Assembly: GCA_949358305.1 (NCBI GenBank)
Contig: OX442314.1
Coordinates: 15,314,001 to 15,378,000, forward strand
Direction of reading: 5' to 3'
DNA: 64,000 bases
From: Strigamia acuminata
Lineage: Eukaryota
In this document: positions 50,201-64,000 of the stretch, one piece after another
Numbering within the stretch: position 1 is the first letter of the stretch
Layout of the letters: every line of letters begins with the position of its first letter
Notes under the pieces: generated by a model
The model's input: the letters and a program-made list of their open reading frames with translations, nothing else
Told to the model about the DNA's origin: nothing
Databases searched by the model: none
Position numbers and translations under genes: made by a program

Positions 50201-51656
50201 ACAGCCCCCATGAGGAGTGTGAGGAAGTCTGTGATTGCTGGTACTGTAGTGAAGTCGAACCCCTGCTGCTATTGGAGCAGAAGGAAATGTAAAAGAAAAA
50301 TAAATGGGCTAAGGTGCATTTTTTAAAGATGCAAAGTGAAAAGTGAAAATGATTGGGTTTTGGTTTTAGCAGGAGTCGTGCGCGGTTCAGAAACAATTAT
50401 TTTCTGAGGGTTGTTGAGTTTTTAATCTTTGGTGATTTTTTTTTGGTCAAAAATTTGTTGTTATCGCTGGCGTTGAAGGCTGTAATTATTACGGTTGTTG
50501 CATTGCATGCAGTAAATTTATATTTTTTTTATGTACATATGCAAAGCACAAGTAGCGTGTAATTGGTTTGTGTTCGTAAGGGCCACACATGCGGACAAAC
50601 CGTGTCAAATGTGCGATATCCATTCATTATTGCAATGAGTTTGTATGACACTCAATTGCGTCATCACTATGTAAATTAAAACCAGACAGTGATTAAATAT
50701 TTTAATATGTAAGTAGTTTGAACTTTGAGAGTATCAGGGAGTCATGCCTAGTGGAAATAACAGATTTGACTGAAAGATTAATGCGATACAATCTTAGATT
50801 ACAAGGCTGAGACGAAGAAAATGTTATTTGAGTTCAAGTGGTCACTTTTTTTCTCTCCAAACACGAGGGACAGATTATTAATCTGTGATTTTCTTGAGTA
50901 AATACAGAGTAATGCACACTTGAACGTAAATTTCTTTTCAGCTTTTTTTCCTTCAATAAATTGAAGTTTAGTAAATATTATTGATTGGAGAGAAAAGATT
51001 GATGGATAGTGTCATTTCTATGTCTTTGTAATTGATTTGTGTCTATACAAGTGATCTGATTGAGACGTTGAGTGAATGTCGAGTTGGACGCCGTTTGGTG
51101 ACCAGTCCATTAGAGTAATTTGTGGCATCACGATTGAAGTGGGAGTGCAGGTGTGTCTTTGCCACCACCTGACAGGTAGTTATGTACTGGGAACGAGTGA
51201 TTAGGGCGGTCCCCATGTACTGTCCATGCAATCAGTTTGGGAAATTTATTTGATGTACACCAATCATGCATAGGAGGTTTACGCAGCGAATGGGCAAAAA
51301 AGAATTGAGGGTTATGGTTATTAAAATATTAAGTTTGTTTTTTTGTTCATGTAAATTGAAAATTCAATTTTCTTTTTGCTGAATGTTTTTTTTTCAATTT
51401 AAAAATACAATTTTTTTTATGAACCGAAATTAAAGTTTTATTTTTCCTGTATCATACTTGGTTTTGTTGCTGTATATTGTTGTAAGATGACAGTTTTCAC
51501 GTACAGTTTAGTATTGTCATTTGCAGCGCCCGCCTTCGTCCTCACTGTCCTATACGCAGGGGCAGGACGATGCCCGGTCTCCCGCGTCTGGAGGCACCCC
51601 AGGACCCCTAAGTCAGCAGCCCAGCTTGCAGAGTGCTGACAACAACAGTGAAGCAG
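29252..51656 (+). CDS. hth: Homothorax/Meis TALE homeobox protein, 3'-partial; join(29252..29266,29534..29748,30239..30380,31188..31238,31612..31662,34267..34461,51527..51656)
   Basis: MAQPR|YDDG...[96 protein letters not shown] (MEIS/HM domain); RPPSSSLSY...DDARSP...TPGPLSQQP. No homeodomain exons found in the window. Confidence 0.96.
38979..39000. repeat. (TC)11 microsatellite
   Basis: Read directly from the sequence. Confidence 0.9.
43021..43353. mobile_element. Foldback/MITE-like element with long imperfect terminal inverted repeats, in hth intron 6
   Basis: Left arm ACTGCAGTTCGTGCCCGGTATCTTGATGCTA..ACTGCGCATCCCATTCTGCGCAGAC matches the reverse complement of the right arm (..GTCTGCGCAGAATGGAATGCGCAGT..TAGCATCAAGATACCGGGCGCGAACTGCAGT). 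The arms extend roughly 120 bp with gaps. Confidence 0.75.
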
Positions 51657-53214
51657 GTAAGAATCGCTTTTAATCAAACGTTGTGTGGGGTTCGAAGAAT
51701 TCGAGTTTACTTTGACACCTGTAGATTGATGATGGCATGTTTTGTGAAGGAGGGGAAAGTGACATTTTTTTCCATTTTTTTTTGAATCGTTAGATTGATG
51801 GATTTTTTTTTTAAAATAAAAAGGGAAATTAGTTTTTTTTTCAAAGCTAATCGATTTTTGTCTGCAATATTTCTGCTGTAGTTTACAAGGAAGTAGAATA
51901 TATGATGATAATAAAGAATTAATCAGTTGTGACAATCTATTGTCCTCGTTTATAAAGTACAGGTGAGAGCCAAGTTCAGATTGGAGTAATTGATATTGTT
52001 GAATAAATAAGTTTTTGAGGAAAATGCTGCGTCGTTTGTATTTTAGTCCAGGATAAGTTGAGTGTAAATAGAGTTTCACCTGTTGAATAATTGGCTTTGT
52101 TGATGATAAAAATATATGTAGGAAATTTAAAGCCGTATGTATGTACAAACAAGGAAGCTCAATCGAAATATTAAATACTTAATATTTAAAACATGATTAA
52201 CCGAATGTGTATCAGCAATATCAAAAGCTTATCAGTTTGTATTGGCTAAAGAAAGGGTTGGATTAATGTTTGCATGAGGAAGTAATTATGCCACGTATGT
52301 GTTGATACTTGCGCAGATGGCATACGATGTTGCTTTGAAAATGGAAAACGTATAACGCAAGTTCCTGTTTAATCATGTGTTTATACGGAGAGTTTTTCCC
52401 CCCTTTGGTTATAGTGTTTGGTAGGCTCGGCTTAGGTGGTTTGGAAAAATAGTCGAGCCATTCTTGCCGTCTCATTGACATGGACGTCAAGAAGAGGTGA
52501 TAAAAAGAAAGCAAGTCTCCCCTCAAGTTCATAGATTGAATGCTCCGTTCAGTGGATTCGTCCTCCTCCCCACACTTACTCCCCCCCTTTTCTCTTCACT
52601 CTGGGCCAGGTGTGAATAGGGCCCATAGATGGCTGCAAAAGCCTCATCCTTTTACACAATCCCTCCCATTTTACTCAAATCCTTCAATCTCCTCTTCGTC
52701 TTCCCCTTTTTTTACCTCTACAGTTGTGAAAGTTGTGAGTGCGTGAGTTAAGAAATGTGTTTTGGACAAAAAGAAAATGTGAGCAATTTGAATTTTTGGC
52801 TGAATGCTTTTTTTTCTTCTTTTCAATTTTAATCCATCAAACGCATACATTTGGCAATTATTTTTCATTCTAGCGATGACAGGTTATATTTGAGTGGAAA
52901 TTTTCGGTTGTGTTTGTGAATTAAGCATTACTTTAGCAGGGGCTTGCTCGAGCAGTTAGTCTCTCGCAAAACCTCCCTTTTCAGTGTGTATATAGGCTAT
53001 TGTTGGCGACACCACGTTGGGAATTTGGCATGGAGAGTTGAAGAGGGGAAGGAAAAGTGGGGACATTATACAAGACGTAGGGTATATGGAAGGGACGTTC
53101 TTCTCTCTCTTGACCCCGACCGTCCAAAGCCTGGCCTGGTTGGCCCATGAATGGCTAAAAAGGTGCTTCCCGTATCAAACAGCCCGCCTAATCCCATTAG
53201 CCGAGAGGAGAAGT

Positions 53215-53238
53215 TGGTGGTGGTGGTGGTGGTGGTGG
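53215..53238. repeat. (TGG)8 microsatellite
   Basis: Read directly from the sequence; explains the poly-W/V/T tracts in spurious ORFs. Confidence 0.9.
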
Positions 53239-56220
53239 AGGAAAAAGAAGTAGGGGGAGAGCGCAAGTCCACAATAGGTTTTGAGGGGCCAGTTCATTTG
53301 GTGGACTTGAGTGCAGTCTGGGATCCCGTTGGGTTTGGTCTAGTGAGTCTTGTCTTGCTTGGATTATTCACCCCCCTGCTGCTGTTTGGCTCTTTGTGCG
53401 GTGGCATTGGCAGATCTGGTTTTGTCTCGCATTGATCTTACAAAGGGATTGTGGTCATTCCAATTTGAGCAGCACACCCAGTTTAGTTGATTACCGGCCC
53501 CCAAAATGTTGTTCATTTTTAAACGACGGTTTAACTATAATGTTGTTATTTCGTCAAGTCAACGATAAATAAACCAAAAGAGAAATCGTCAATAATAAGA
53601 TTATAAGATTAAATCGCACGTACCTTTCGGATTGATAACTAGAGAAATTGGATAAAATGTTAAAACGAATGAGTAATTGATTTTTTTTACATGCATATTT
53701 TATCGTGCATTTATGCAGGTCACAGCTGTAGTTATGTATGTAATAGTTGCTAATTTTGGTGTCGTTTGAGCTTGGGTTTATTGTTGTTGGTTACTTGTTT
53801 TTGAAGTTGTTCACTAGTCCATGAAGAAGAAGTCGGGAGAGATGACAACATCTGTCGATTGGTATCTTTATGGACAGTCGGATGGACTGTTGCATTGTCT
53901 TGAACCATGAACTTTAGTTGTGCGTGCCATCTGCAGGCGACAGCAGGGAAATGGCACGCGTTTATTCTGGAGTGGGTTGTCAAGAAGTAGTGCCAGTGTA
54001 AGGAGGAGGAGTGGAAAGGGTGGAGGAATTAGTTGCCAAGAGCAGTTGAAAGAGCTAAGAAAACAAACATTACAATTGACTATCTCTTTTAAGAATATTT
54101 TACCCCTTTAAGACACTTAACATGGGAGAAAAAAGTTTGTTTTAGAAAGTTCCAAGGATAAAGCCATCACGCTAATGGCTTGCGGTACATTCTTCTCCAA
54201 AAGATAGATGAAGCCTATTTGTAGAATTTGAAATTTATAAAAAAGAGATTTTGTGAAAAAATAAAAAATAAAAATGTTATGGAGATTCCCAGAAGAATTG
54301 GCAAAATTCCCTCAGTTGTCCCCTTTGAATGTGTTAAAGACAAATAATTATTCATCACACAACCGAGAAAAGTTTGCTAATGCTTCTCTTAACTTAATAG
54401 CTGTTCTTGTCGTTGTTGTTGTTGTTGCGCTCCTCCTTCCCCGAACTTTTCTTGTATTTTAAATTTTTTTTTGGGACGCTTTCTCACCGCGTGATAAACG
54501 ATCAGTGTCTACCCAAGAACTTAGCGAAGTAGGAAGAGCAGGAGGAGGGGGTAAATGGCGGGAGGAGGATGGAGTAGTGGAAGGGGGAGGAGGAGTTGAT
54601 TTATTAAGGAAAAACGCCCTGTAATGTCCAGGAAAGAAAGTGGAGAGGTTTGGCGAGTAGATATTTTTTCAAGTGCGTTTCCCCCATTAACACAGGTGCG
54701 AATCTACCGGTGAGGGCGATTTACGAGCAGGTGACAGCGCGAGAGCAAAACGTGGGTGTATGGAAAGATTGCGGGGGAGAGGGGCTCATTGTTTCCCTTA
54801 CAAACGAGGCAATTTACAATGTTTTAATTAGGCGCCATTTGGCGTCGTGCCATGAGGGAAACGCGGAGCGATCTTTTCCGTTGTCACTGACAACGGAGGA
54901 ACGCGATGGGGAGCGCGCGTTTCGGCTAATGATGATGGCAAATTTTTTTTGTTTCCTATTAGTACGAGTTTTGGGTGCGCTTCGAATAGTCTTGTAGATT
55001 TGTGTAATTTGCTTTCAGATGATTAGGAAAATGAATTTGACATTATACAGTTGTTGTGATATCTATATGATGGCCATTTTTATTTATTTATTCATTCGGA
55101 TGTGTAAAAAGTTGTTTGGGAATTTGTGACTCTTAAATTGAGTCGAGTGTCAACTACATATGCCGTGTTTGGGGAATCAAATTGCCTACCCGGAGCTGTA
55201 AGTTGGTCGCTAACAGTCGTGTTATTATGTGCTTGTTTGTGGGTGTAGTGGTTTCGAGTCTCCTCATCTGCGTATATACGGAGGATGGAGATGGAGGGAG
55301 CGTTGTATAGAGGGGGCTGTGCTCCCTCCGGCGTGTATTTGCGGGCCGCAAGAAAGGAAGTGAAGTGGGAGCCCGTAGCGAGGGGTGGCAAGTTGGAAAA
55401 CTCCCCGTGGCATGGCGTTTCTCACAAATCAGTCTCTTTCTCCCCCTGAGACTGACATCTTTGCAAATTGTATGCAAATTTAATAGTTTTTGGATTCAAA
55501 TTTGGTATGACACCCCTGGCGTGTTGCACACACGTCTAAACGAATCTTAGACCGAGACGCCCCTTCTTCGGTAGAGGCTTTTCAACTTGTGAAAAATTGA
55601 GTAAGATGATATTCTGTCTCGCTCCTTCCTGGCGAACGCGCGAGTCTATTATTGCACGCGCGCGCGTTCCTTAGCATTGCGTTGCCGCAACTAGAGAAAG
55701 TGCTCGTCATTGGCAGTAATTTATTTATAAGACACCTTCTCGGCGTTGCAAATGCAACCATTCTTTTTTTTTATTTTTTATTTTATTTTTTTATTTTTTT
55801 ATATTTTTTTTTATATTGCCAGATGTGTCATTGAGTTATAGTTTTGAGTTATGGTTTGGCTAAGTACAGGTGAGACATTGTTATTAAGCATAGGAACGCG
55901 GATAATAAATTACAGGAGCGTGTGAAATGTGTGTGTCCTCTGTTTTTGAGTGTCGTGAAGCGTCGTAAGTCACTGGTCAAGCTGCACGTGAAGGCTGGAA
56001 TTGTGTTTTTAATTTTTACAATCGTATATTTTAATTTTTAATTTTTGATTTATTTCTCGCGTGACACTTTGATGTATCGCTCTGGATGCGAGAATGTGCA
56101 AAGTGAGACGTATAAACTTAAATCCGTCACTTCTTAAAGTAGAAAAATAAATAGACGATTTTTATCTTTTGACTTTGAAGAAGGGGATTTGTTTTCCGCG
56201 AGACTTTTTTTTCTCTCTCC

Positions 56221-56251
<31 letters not shown>

Positions 56252-59200
56252 CATGCCATTAAGAGGGTCAGTAAGTTGGGTGCGGTTTGGAAAACTGATA
56301 AGAAAATTGTAACGAAAAATGTTATTGGCTAAAGTCATTTTGCTAGTTAATCCTTTGAATATTACCACTATCTTGCATCAAGTACAAATGACTAGGACCA
56401 TGTTAAGATTGCAGCAAGATAAATTTCTTCTTTCATCCTAAGGGTGCTGGTGCCCACTTCTTTGACTATCCCCCCCCCCGCCCTCCCCTTCCCCCATCTT
56501 CCTGCATCTGGGCTCCCCTCTTGATGAATTGCTGGATCTGTGTCGCGCTTCAACCCTGATTAGTGGTCAAGGATTGTGTGCTTGTATATATCCAGATTAG
56601 TCTTTTGCACACTGGAAGAAGAGCAAAGTTTGGGATGGGAATTAAGGAATGTGTTTGTGTGTAGTTTTGATGGCTTTTGCTGATTTATGTGCGAAGTGTG
56701 TCTGGATTGTGGGCAAATTGTATTCATGTTTGACGAGTTTGGCGTTGGAATCGGCAAGGAATGTTCACAAGGAATGGGAAGGAGTGTGTAAAGATTTATC
56801 GGGCATCCCAGTTGACCTAGGGGTCCGTTTAATTAGCGGGGACAAGGTGGACAGCATCATGATTTACCTAGGGTTTGACGTCTGGGACTTGGTCTTAGAT
56901 TCGAAGACTATGGACTTTGTTATAAGGAAAATGTAATTAAGGAACCTCGTTATTAGATTTCGGGGAGGGGAAAAAATCGCGCGCATATCCGGGTTGATTT
57001 TGATAGTAATGTAAAAAGCATAATTTTCTAAGAAGATAATAAAAGAAGATTGAATTTTGGGTTGGGTTTGTTGGTCCTTCAAACGAATGTTTTTGCACTT
57101 GTGGCTATTACGCGTAAGAGTTAATTAGATGGATTTTTTTTAAAGATTGTTGTTAAAGTCAGCGGTACTGTGGGGGTTTTGAAGAATGTAGAGGTCAAGA
57201 TGATTAATAGATAACAGCTGAGAAAACAGAAGGGAGAGAAAAGAGAATGGAGGACACGGGAAAAGGGAGAAATTGTTTGAAGATATTTGAGAAGTCGTCT
57301 TCTTGCGGCAAACAAACTCGGTTCGAAGAGTCAAGGTGGGTTTCAAGTTGAGCAAATATTTGTGTGAAATTGGCCCTGTTTCCCCATTGAAGTGCGTGTG
57401 GGGCATTTATTTTATTTTATTTTTATATTTTTTTTATTTTTTTTTATTTTTTTTTTGGAAGTTGTGTCGTTTGAATTTAGTATTGAGTATCTTCTCTTCA
57501 TTCTGGTTGGGTCCCTAATCCACGCAGCGCAGGATGAGCGGCCATAATGAAGATGGATGCTTTTCTTCTGCCATCTTTACGGCATTCCCTTTCCAACTTG
57601 GACTCAGCAGCGCCGCCCGTGCGGAACGCTGAAGCAGCAGGAGAGGAGCGAGCGAAGAGACGAGAAGAGCGAGAGCTCTACGCTTACCTGGGTATCTGGC
57701 ATGGTCTACGAGTCCCTTGAGAGGGAAGACGATAGATGATGGAGAAAACTGGACTCTCTCAACCGGAACTGATTCATTCCAGGCATGCGCATTACGATGA
57801 TGGTGTGGAGTATAAGCCCCTGGTTGATGGTGGCTGATGAGAGGTTAGGAGGAGGATGTCACTAGTACATTGCACCAGTTTGAAACCTTATATCACGTGT
57901 TATGGGTTTTAGATTTTATTATACAAGTTGGAAATGTGCTGGAGGGTTGCGGAGAAATAAAATTTTTGCGTGCCTTAACTTTTTAAAATGCATGGGCTGT
58001 TTTTCCAATAATGGTTGATTGATTTGTAATTAGGGAATAGGAACAAGGTGAAATGATTTTTTTTTCTCCTCTTTCGCCTACCTGGAAACCTTTAGTCACG
58101 TCAAAAAATGATTTCCTCGCCAAATTGGTTGGTGGGAATGGAATTTGGAATTTTAAATTTGATCAAATGGAAAGCAGTTGTCTTTGGTGGGTCAGTCGGA
58201 GAGGATGATTGAAGATTGGAGTGATGAAGGCGAGGGTTTTGGAAGGATGAATGAATGAGGTGTGCATTTGGTTTGCGGAGGATTCATGGTGATGTTGTAT
58301 TTGGGCTAATGCGAAAATGATGCAAATTTGGAGGGTGCATCAGACGAAGACTCGGGTGGGAGTCGCTTCGTGACAAATGGAGCTAAACGAAAGTAATGCT
58401 GTATAAAATATAAAGATTGGACCTTTTTTTTGTCTGTAAGCTTACAGTGGTATGGGATTTTTAGTGGGTGGTGCGCATGAGCGTTGCGCCGAGGACACGT
58501 CTCTCGGGATATGTATAACGAGGGCGGTAGAGATTTCGCTCGTTATCGTTTGAGGTTGTTGGGGTGGATGCAGACTGTCAGGTGTCATTCGAGAAAGCAG
58601 CTCGTTTAAGGGCGGTGTATGATTTCCATGTTGGCGATGTGCATTTGATAAATAATTGCGGCGTTTGAAATGTAAAATTGTGAAATTTTGTCGGCTTTCG
58701 ATTTTCGGCTGCTCAATGCTCAAACCGGTGGAAGGCGTTTTGTTGAAAAGCGTTTTCTGGCAAGTGTGAAGTATTGTATGGCTACGAGTGGAAGCGGTTA
58801 GTTTACTCGAGACGTTATTGGCGATTCTGATGAATTTGAAGCAAGGTCTACTCGGTGGGGGTGGGTTGATGGATGCTTTTGCCGGCGTCTGTCTCTAGTC
58901 ACGCGCACCCAGATTGGCCTCATGCCCGGGCGCGCGCGCTGGCCGCTGTCACCGAGATTGATTTGCCTTCTTCCCACTCCGGCTCGGTGAGTCCACACTC
59001 TTTAAGCGATACTGTTTGGACTAGCGAGTGATTTTCCTCGTAGTAGGTCTACTGACCGGAAGTGACGACAGCAGTGTCCGAATATGGCTGCGAGAAGGGT
59101 AAACACGGGAAGAATGTGTCTAAAGTGTCACAAAGTTGTAATTTGTGCGTGAATCGAGAGTAATTTGTCTTGCTACACTTGTAATCCTGCGACTTTGGGT

Positions 59201-62200
59201 GATGACGCAGCAAGTTGGGGGGAAAATGGAAGAGGAGGAGAATGGGGGTTGAAGGTTCTGGTCGGTCAGGGTGTTGTAGGGTTGATGTCCCTTTTTTTCT
59301 TTCACCCCCACTGCCCATTGGACAGATAGAGTATCGATTCAGAAGGGAGCTTTGCACTGATGGATTCCATTTCCAAGACTTGTAATAAATTTAAAGCCTA
59401 AAAGATGACCAAGGGAAAGAGGAATTCTCCTTAAGGGAGAAAAAGAACAAGAAGAAATTTTCTTTTTATTTGATTTGTTTTGGGTGTTGGTGTAACGCAT
59501 ATTGACTGTTTGCTACGGAAAAGGGAATACAAATTAGATATCGATTTTTATCTTTCACGTGGTCATGATAATGGCATCATATTCATCGTTAAAACTTAAT
59601 GCTCAGCGAATTTTTTTATTTTTTATTTTATTTTATTTTATTTATTTATTTATTTATTTATTTCAACAAACTTGTTGTTTTCGGGAAAGTATTCTTGGGT
59701 GGAATGACCACTTGAACTTGAATCGGGTCTGTTATTGATCAGTCTTTTAGTAGTAAGATGCCCCTTTGCATTGTGAGCTGCAAATGTGTTTCTCACAGTC
59801 ACACAATTCCAATAGTTGTTGATACGGTGGATAAGGGTGTGGACTCGAGGAGTGTCACTCAGATGGCCGATGCGTCCATTTTTCTTGGGCTAAAGTGGGT
59901 TGGTCGTGAAAAGAGAAAAGTAAACAGTATATACGAGTTAATTTTTTTCTTTATTTTCTTTCTGGGACGGATCACAGTTGGAATGCCAACGATTTAGACA
60001 CGGTCTTTGTTGTTAAATGGATGAAATTAGAGGACATTTCCGAATGCGGTCAGTTTTGGTGCTTTTCGACACAAAGTTGAGCCCAACCTCCTGCATGTAA
60101 CGAATCGGAATCACACATGATTGAATTTCACCAAGTGGGAGGTCAAAAGGCCCCTTTCTCTGCGCCTTTTGCACGTGGTTGTAAGAGGATATCGAGTGTC
60201 TTTTAACGTAAACTGGCTCAAACTTTTGCAATTTTTGACGGGTTAGTTGGATGGAAAGAAAGAAAAGTGGCGCACGATTGGAGCCAATAATTTCTATAGT
60301 CGGAGGTTGACAGGAAATGGAAAGTGATTTGGCAATAAAGCCAGTAAAAGCAAAATGGTGCTGTCATATTGGAGGTATCTACTCTTTTAGTTTGTCGCTT
60401 TGTTGTGTATTGAACTTATTGATTTGGCCCTACCTAGAACATGGGAAAAGTTGGCTTCTTTTGGCGGTTGCTACTTGTTTCTTTCCGGTTTGATAAGCTG
60501 GTTTTCGTCGCCCTCTTTTGCTCGTTCTTCTCCCTCCCCCTTATTGGAATTTTTGCGTTATTATGCAAATTTTGTTCATTTCTCTCACTCTCGAAGGAAA
60601 TGGGAAATTGCAAGGTCGTGGTATAAGGAGTGGACAAATACAAGTCCTCGTTTCTCGTTTTACCCAACCCCCTCATCGTTGGCGCCATCTGCGCGAGGGG
60701 GCGCCACTAACAGGCCCCTGGTTAATGAGCTGGCCAAGCTTTGGTCTGCTAATTGAAAAGTTGGCTCTGTTGCTGGAATTGTGGGAGAATGTTGTGTGTG
60801 TACAACAGTTGGGTGAAGTAGGGGAGAAAGAAATAATCAAGAGAGCCAACATTGCTTTATAGATTTTCATTTTCCCCAACTAGGAGTATTTCGTACGATA
60901 AATTTTATCAAATTTGTAATTTAATTTTGCGTGTTTACATTTTATTAAAGCTAGTTTAATGGGTCAACAAAAAGTGGTTTTAATTATCAAGAACAAAAAC
61001 AAAAATTACATTGGGCAATGTAATAACATTCTAAACTATTAGGGCGCCGAGTCGATAAGTAACCCAACATAACAACTTTTTATATAATTTTTTTTTATTT
61101 ATTAAATTTTAAAGATAATTAAAAAAAATATAATTGTTTACTTAATTAGTAATTGCTGTGAACAAGCAATTTTTTTCAACGTAAATGGCACAAGTTTTTT
61201 TTGACGAATTAGCCCATTAAAGACTTAAAAATAATTTATTTTGGAAATAAAATAAAATTTTATAGTTTTTTTTGAAAAGAAATCTGTTTTGTACTTGTAA
61301 TTGAGCATCCTAATTGAGATTTTCACTATTTACAATTAATTTTACGCAGCAAACTCGTAAATATTTATGAGAAATACAAAATTGAATGGTTGTAAACATG
61401 GAAGTACAAAATGCAAAATCCAAAAGAAATATGTATTTTTTTAAAAGTTATATGTGGATACAACTGGTGAGAAAATGGGTGCTGAGGTTAAAAGTTTTTA
61501 TGGACCATCAACTCATTTATGGTTTATCTTTCTCTTCGAAAAGATGCACTCTGCACATAGTTGTGACTATAAACCTGAGAAAGAGACATGAAACCTTAGG
61601 GATATTAAAAGTTGACTGCTCTGCTCCTATTAGTAGCCCATTAGACCGAGAGGTGGGATAGGAGTTGTTTCAATGATTGATGGCTTCAACCAACTTATGA
61701 TAGCCACATGCGGAGTTTTAGTTTGATGGGTTTTAAGTAAAAATTTTATGCAGTTGGCTGTGGTTAAACATTTTGCAGTCTCTTTTCGCCCGATACATTG
61801 TTATTTCTCATTTCTGAAGCTTGAAAGGCAACACTAAGTTGAATTTATTTATTTTTCTATTTTATTTATTGCAAATTTATTACAAAATGTGGCTATGAAA
61901 GTATTTTGATCTCGAATAAAAGCTTTATGGATATGGGCAATTGAAATACACTCTGGGAAATTACAGAGTCGACGGAGGCATTTATATTTGTGCAGTATTG
62001 GAGGCAAAATTGATTCATTTCATTGAAATTCCACCTTTTTTTTTCTTGCCAGCACCTTACAAATGCAAGCAGCTTTTGCCTTTATCCTAATTTTAGTAGT
62101 TTTGCTCCCTTTAGGCTATGAATAGCCCACTGGGGCTGCTCCACTTCCCATGAATGGGAAGACGATGGAAATCTTGTCTTTTCTGTTTGGTTTAGGGGGA

Positions 62201-64000
62201 CTTCTATCGGCACCTGTTCCAGCTCAGATTACGCTGAGAAGTGACTTAGCATCCATTTCCAATGGTTTATTGAGTCGAACAAATAAAACAAAAAGTAAAA
62301 TAAAATAAAATTTAAAAAAAAAAACATCCTTTTCGTTGTGGATGATTAATGCAAGTGTTGAGTATTTTGTTTCGTGTTTACAACGTTTGTTTTTTGTTTT
62401 GTTTTTTGTTTTTGTTTTTATAATTTTTTTTTTGGATCGAACTTGTCGGATGCGAAATGTTCATTAGTGCAATTTGCTCGTTGATTTACGAGCTTTGTAT
62501 GCAAATGAGTCGCATGGGGCCTAGCCTGATGGTAAATTGGTCACCGAATTTGGTTGTTGTGATGGATGATGATACATTGCGAGGAAGGAAAAAGTTTTCC
62601 CTCGCCTCGGATGTTGTTTTCTTCGGCTTTCGAATCTCGACTTTTAATCCGATTAATCTGAGGACATAACACAAGGGAGAAGTGAAGTTGACACTACTGC
62701 AAAAAGGGGATAAATAAGGAAATGGATGGTGGCACCTCGTGACAAGATTGAGATTTAAGTAAACAGGCATGCGAGATGGCGAAGGGGGATTAAAAGGAAA
62801 GAGGTGAGCGAGAAAATGCGTAAATGTTCGGCGAAAAATGTTTGTTGTTGTTTGTGGTTTTGTTGTTACGTAGTGCAAAGACACCAGTTTAGATCTTAAT
62901 TGCTTATAACGAGGAGATCGATGAATAAAAGATGGAATGTTGTATAATTCGACTTTATATTCATGCTAATTTTAAGCGGGAATGACGTTGAATGATGGTT
63001 CCACGTTGTCGAGCTGAGAGTGTCACCTCGTGGTTGTGCTTTGTCCATCTATTAAGTGACCTGAGAGCCCCTCGTCGACCATTGCAAGGCTGGCCTTAGA
63101 AGGAGCTACGAGAGCCACCTAGTGGCAATTAGATGTTATTTATGAAGTGGTGCAGGCAAAGCTTTTTACAACGAGTCCCCAGATGATTTTTATATATACT
63201 GTTTGGGGTTAAAGTGGAGAGTGTAATATGTTTCTGGTAGTCAAATATTTCAATATATAATCTCCATTCCCCCTTTTGCCCCCTTCTTTTGGTAATATTT
63301 TGTATTTTTTTGGTGGTTTAAAGCTCTGTTTGGGGGCTATTTTAGCAGGTAATTTGTTTATTTTTGTTTGTTTCATTTTCTCTGTCCATATTGATCCATC
63401 GCTAACAACTCTCGCATCCGCCCACGCACCAATTGATATTGAACCGTGACACTAGCACCGTTTCTGGTGGAAAATAACAGTTTTTGAACTTAGGTGGAGC
63501 TGAATGTGGGGCACGATGGACGGTGGATGAATGATGATTACTTAACTGGACACGGAGAGCTAAACACAAATGTGTGTGAAATTTCAGAGAGTTTGACGCG
63601 GATAATAATTATTGGAGAAATTCACGACTTGTTTTTCATACGCCTGCCACACTTTTTAAAACTTATTGTATTGTTAACGGAAAATTATGAGATAAACATA
63701 TGTTGTCAAGGAAAAAATAAAAGTGATGAAGCATTTTGAGGCTTTAAAATTATCGAGCATATTTTTATACACGCAGAAACAGATGGTGATGAGTGCAGGA
63801 AATGTAAAAGAATGTTGTAAATTGAAATGAAGTGCGCTGGGTTCACAGTATAAAGAAATGAAGAAAGAAAAAAAATTCTTTTATATTTATAAATAAATGG
63901 TTAAATGGGAGGGTATTTTTATAGGTGAAATATTTTTGCGATGTTGTGATGCGGTGACCGCATCTGGTCTAAGTGAAATAACAACTCGGCACATCCTGGG

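Noticed and set aside
51438..52148. 236-aa minus-strand ORF
   Set aside because: Low-complexity, antisense to hth exon 7, no recognisable domain.
34600..64000. Numerous 60-130 aa ORFs in hth introns
   Set aside because: Composition mirrors simple-sequence tracts; no domains or consistent splice structure.
1..64000. CRISPR arrays, tRNA/rRNA, prokaryotic operons, autonomous transposase or RT ORFs
   Set aside because: None seen; the sequence is spliced eukaryotic DNA.

Overview
AT-rich, intron-containing animal genomic DNA, most likely an arthropod: the hth N-terminus MAQPRYDD and the widerborst-type B56 N-terminus point that way, and NPHP1 suggests a non-drosophilid. The first ~21 kb is a compact gene cluster with mostly 50-90 nt introns. 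It holds two tandem LRR genes, a GC-rich multi-stem element, two tandem genes that I read as divergent MAJIN-like meiotic telomere-nuclear envelope proteins, PP2A B56 widerborst, nephrocystin-1, an SLC25A45-like carrier (minus strand) and exosome RRP46/EXOSC5. The remaining ~43 kb is the upstream region and 5' part (7 coding exons) of homothorax/Meis; I found no homeodomain exons in the window. Highlights: the duplicated MAJIN-like locus (one copy with a membrane-anchor-like tail, one without), an orthologous U12-type intron that reads AT-AC in one copy and apparently AT-AA in the other, and an unassigned ~250-nt structured RNA candidate just upstream. All homology calls are by eye and from memory, and exon coordinates are hand-derived.
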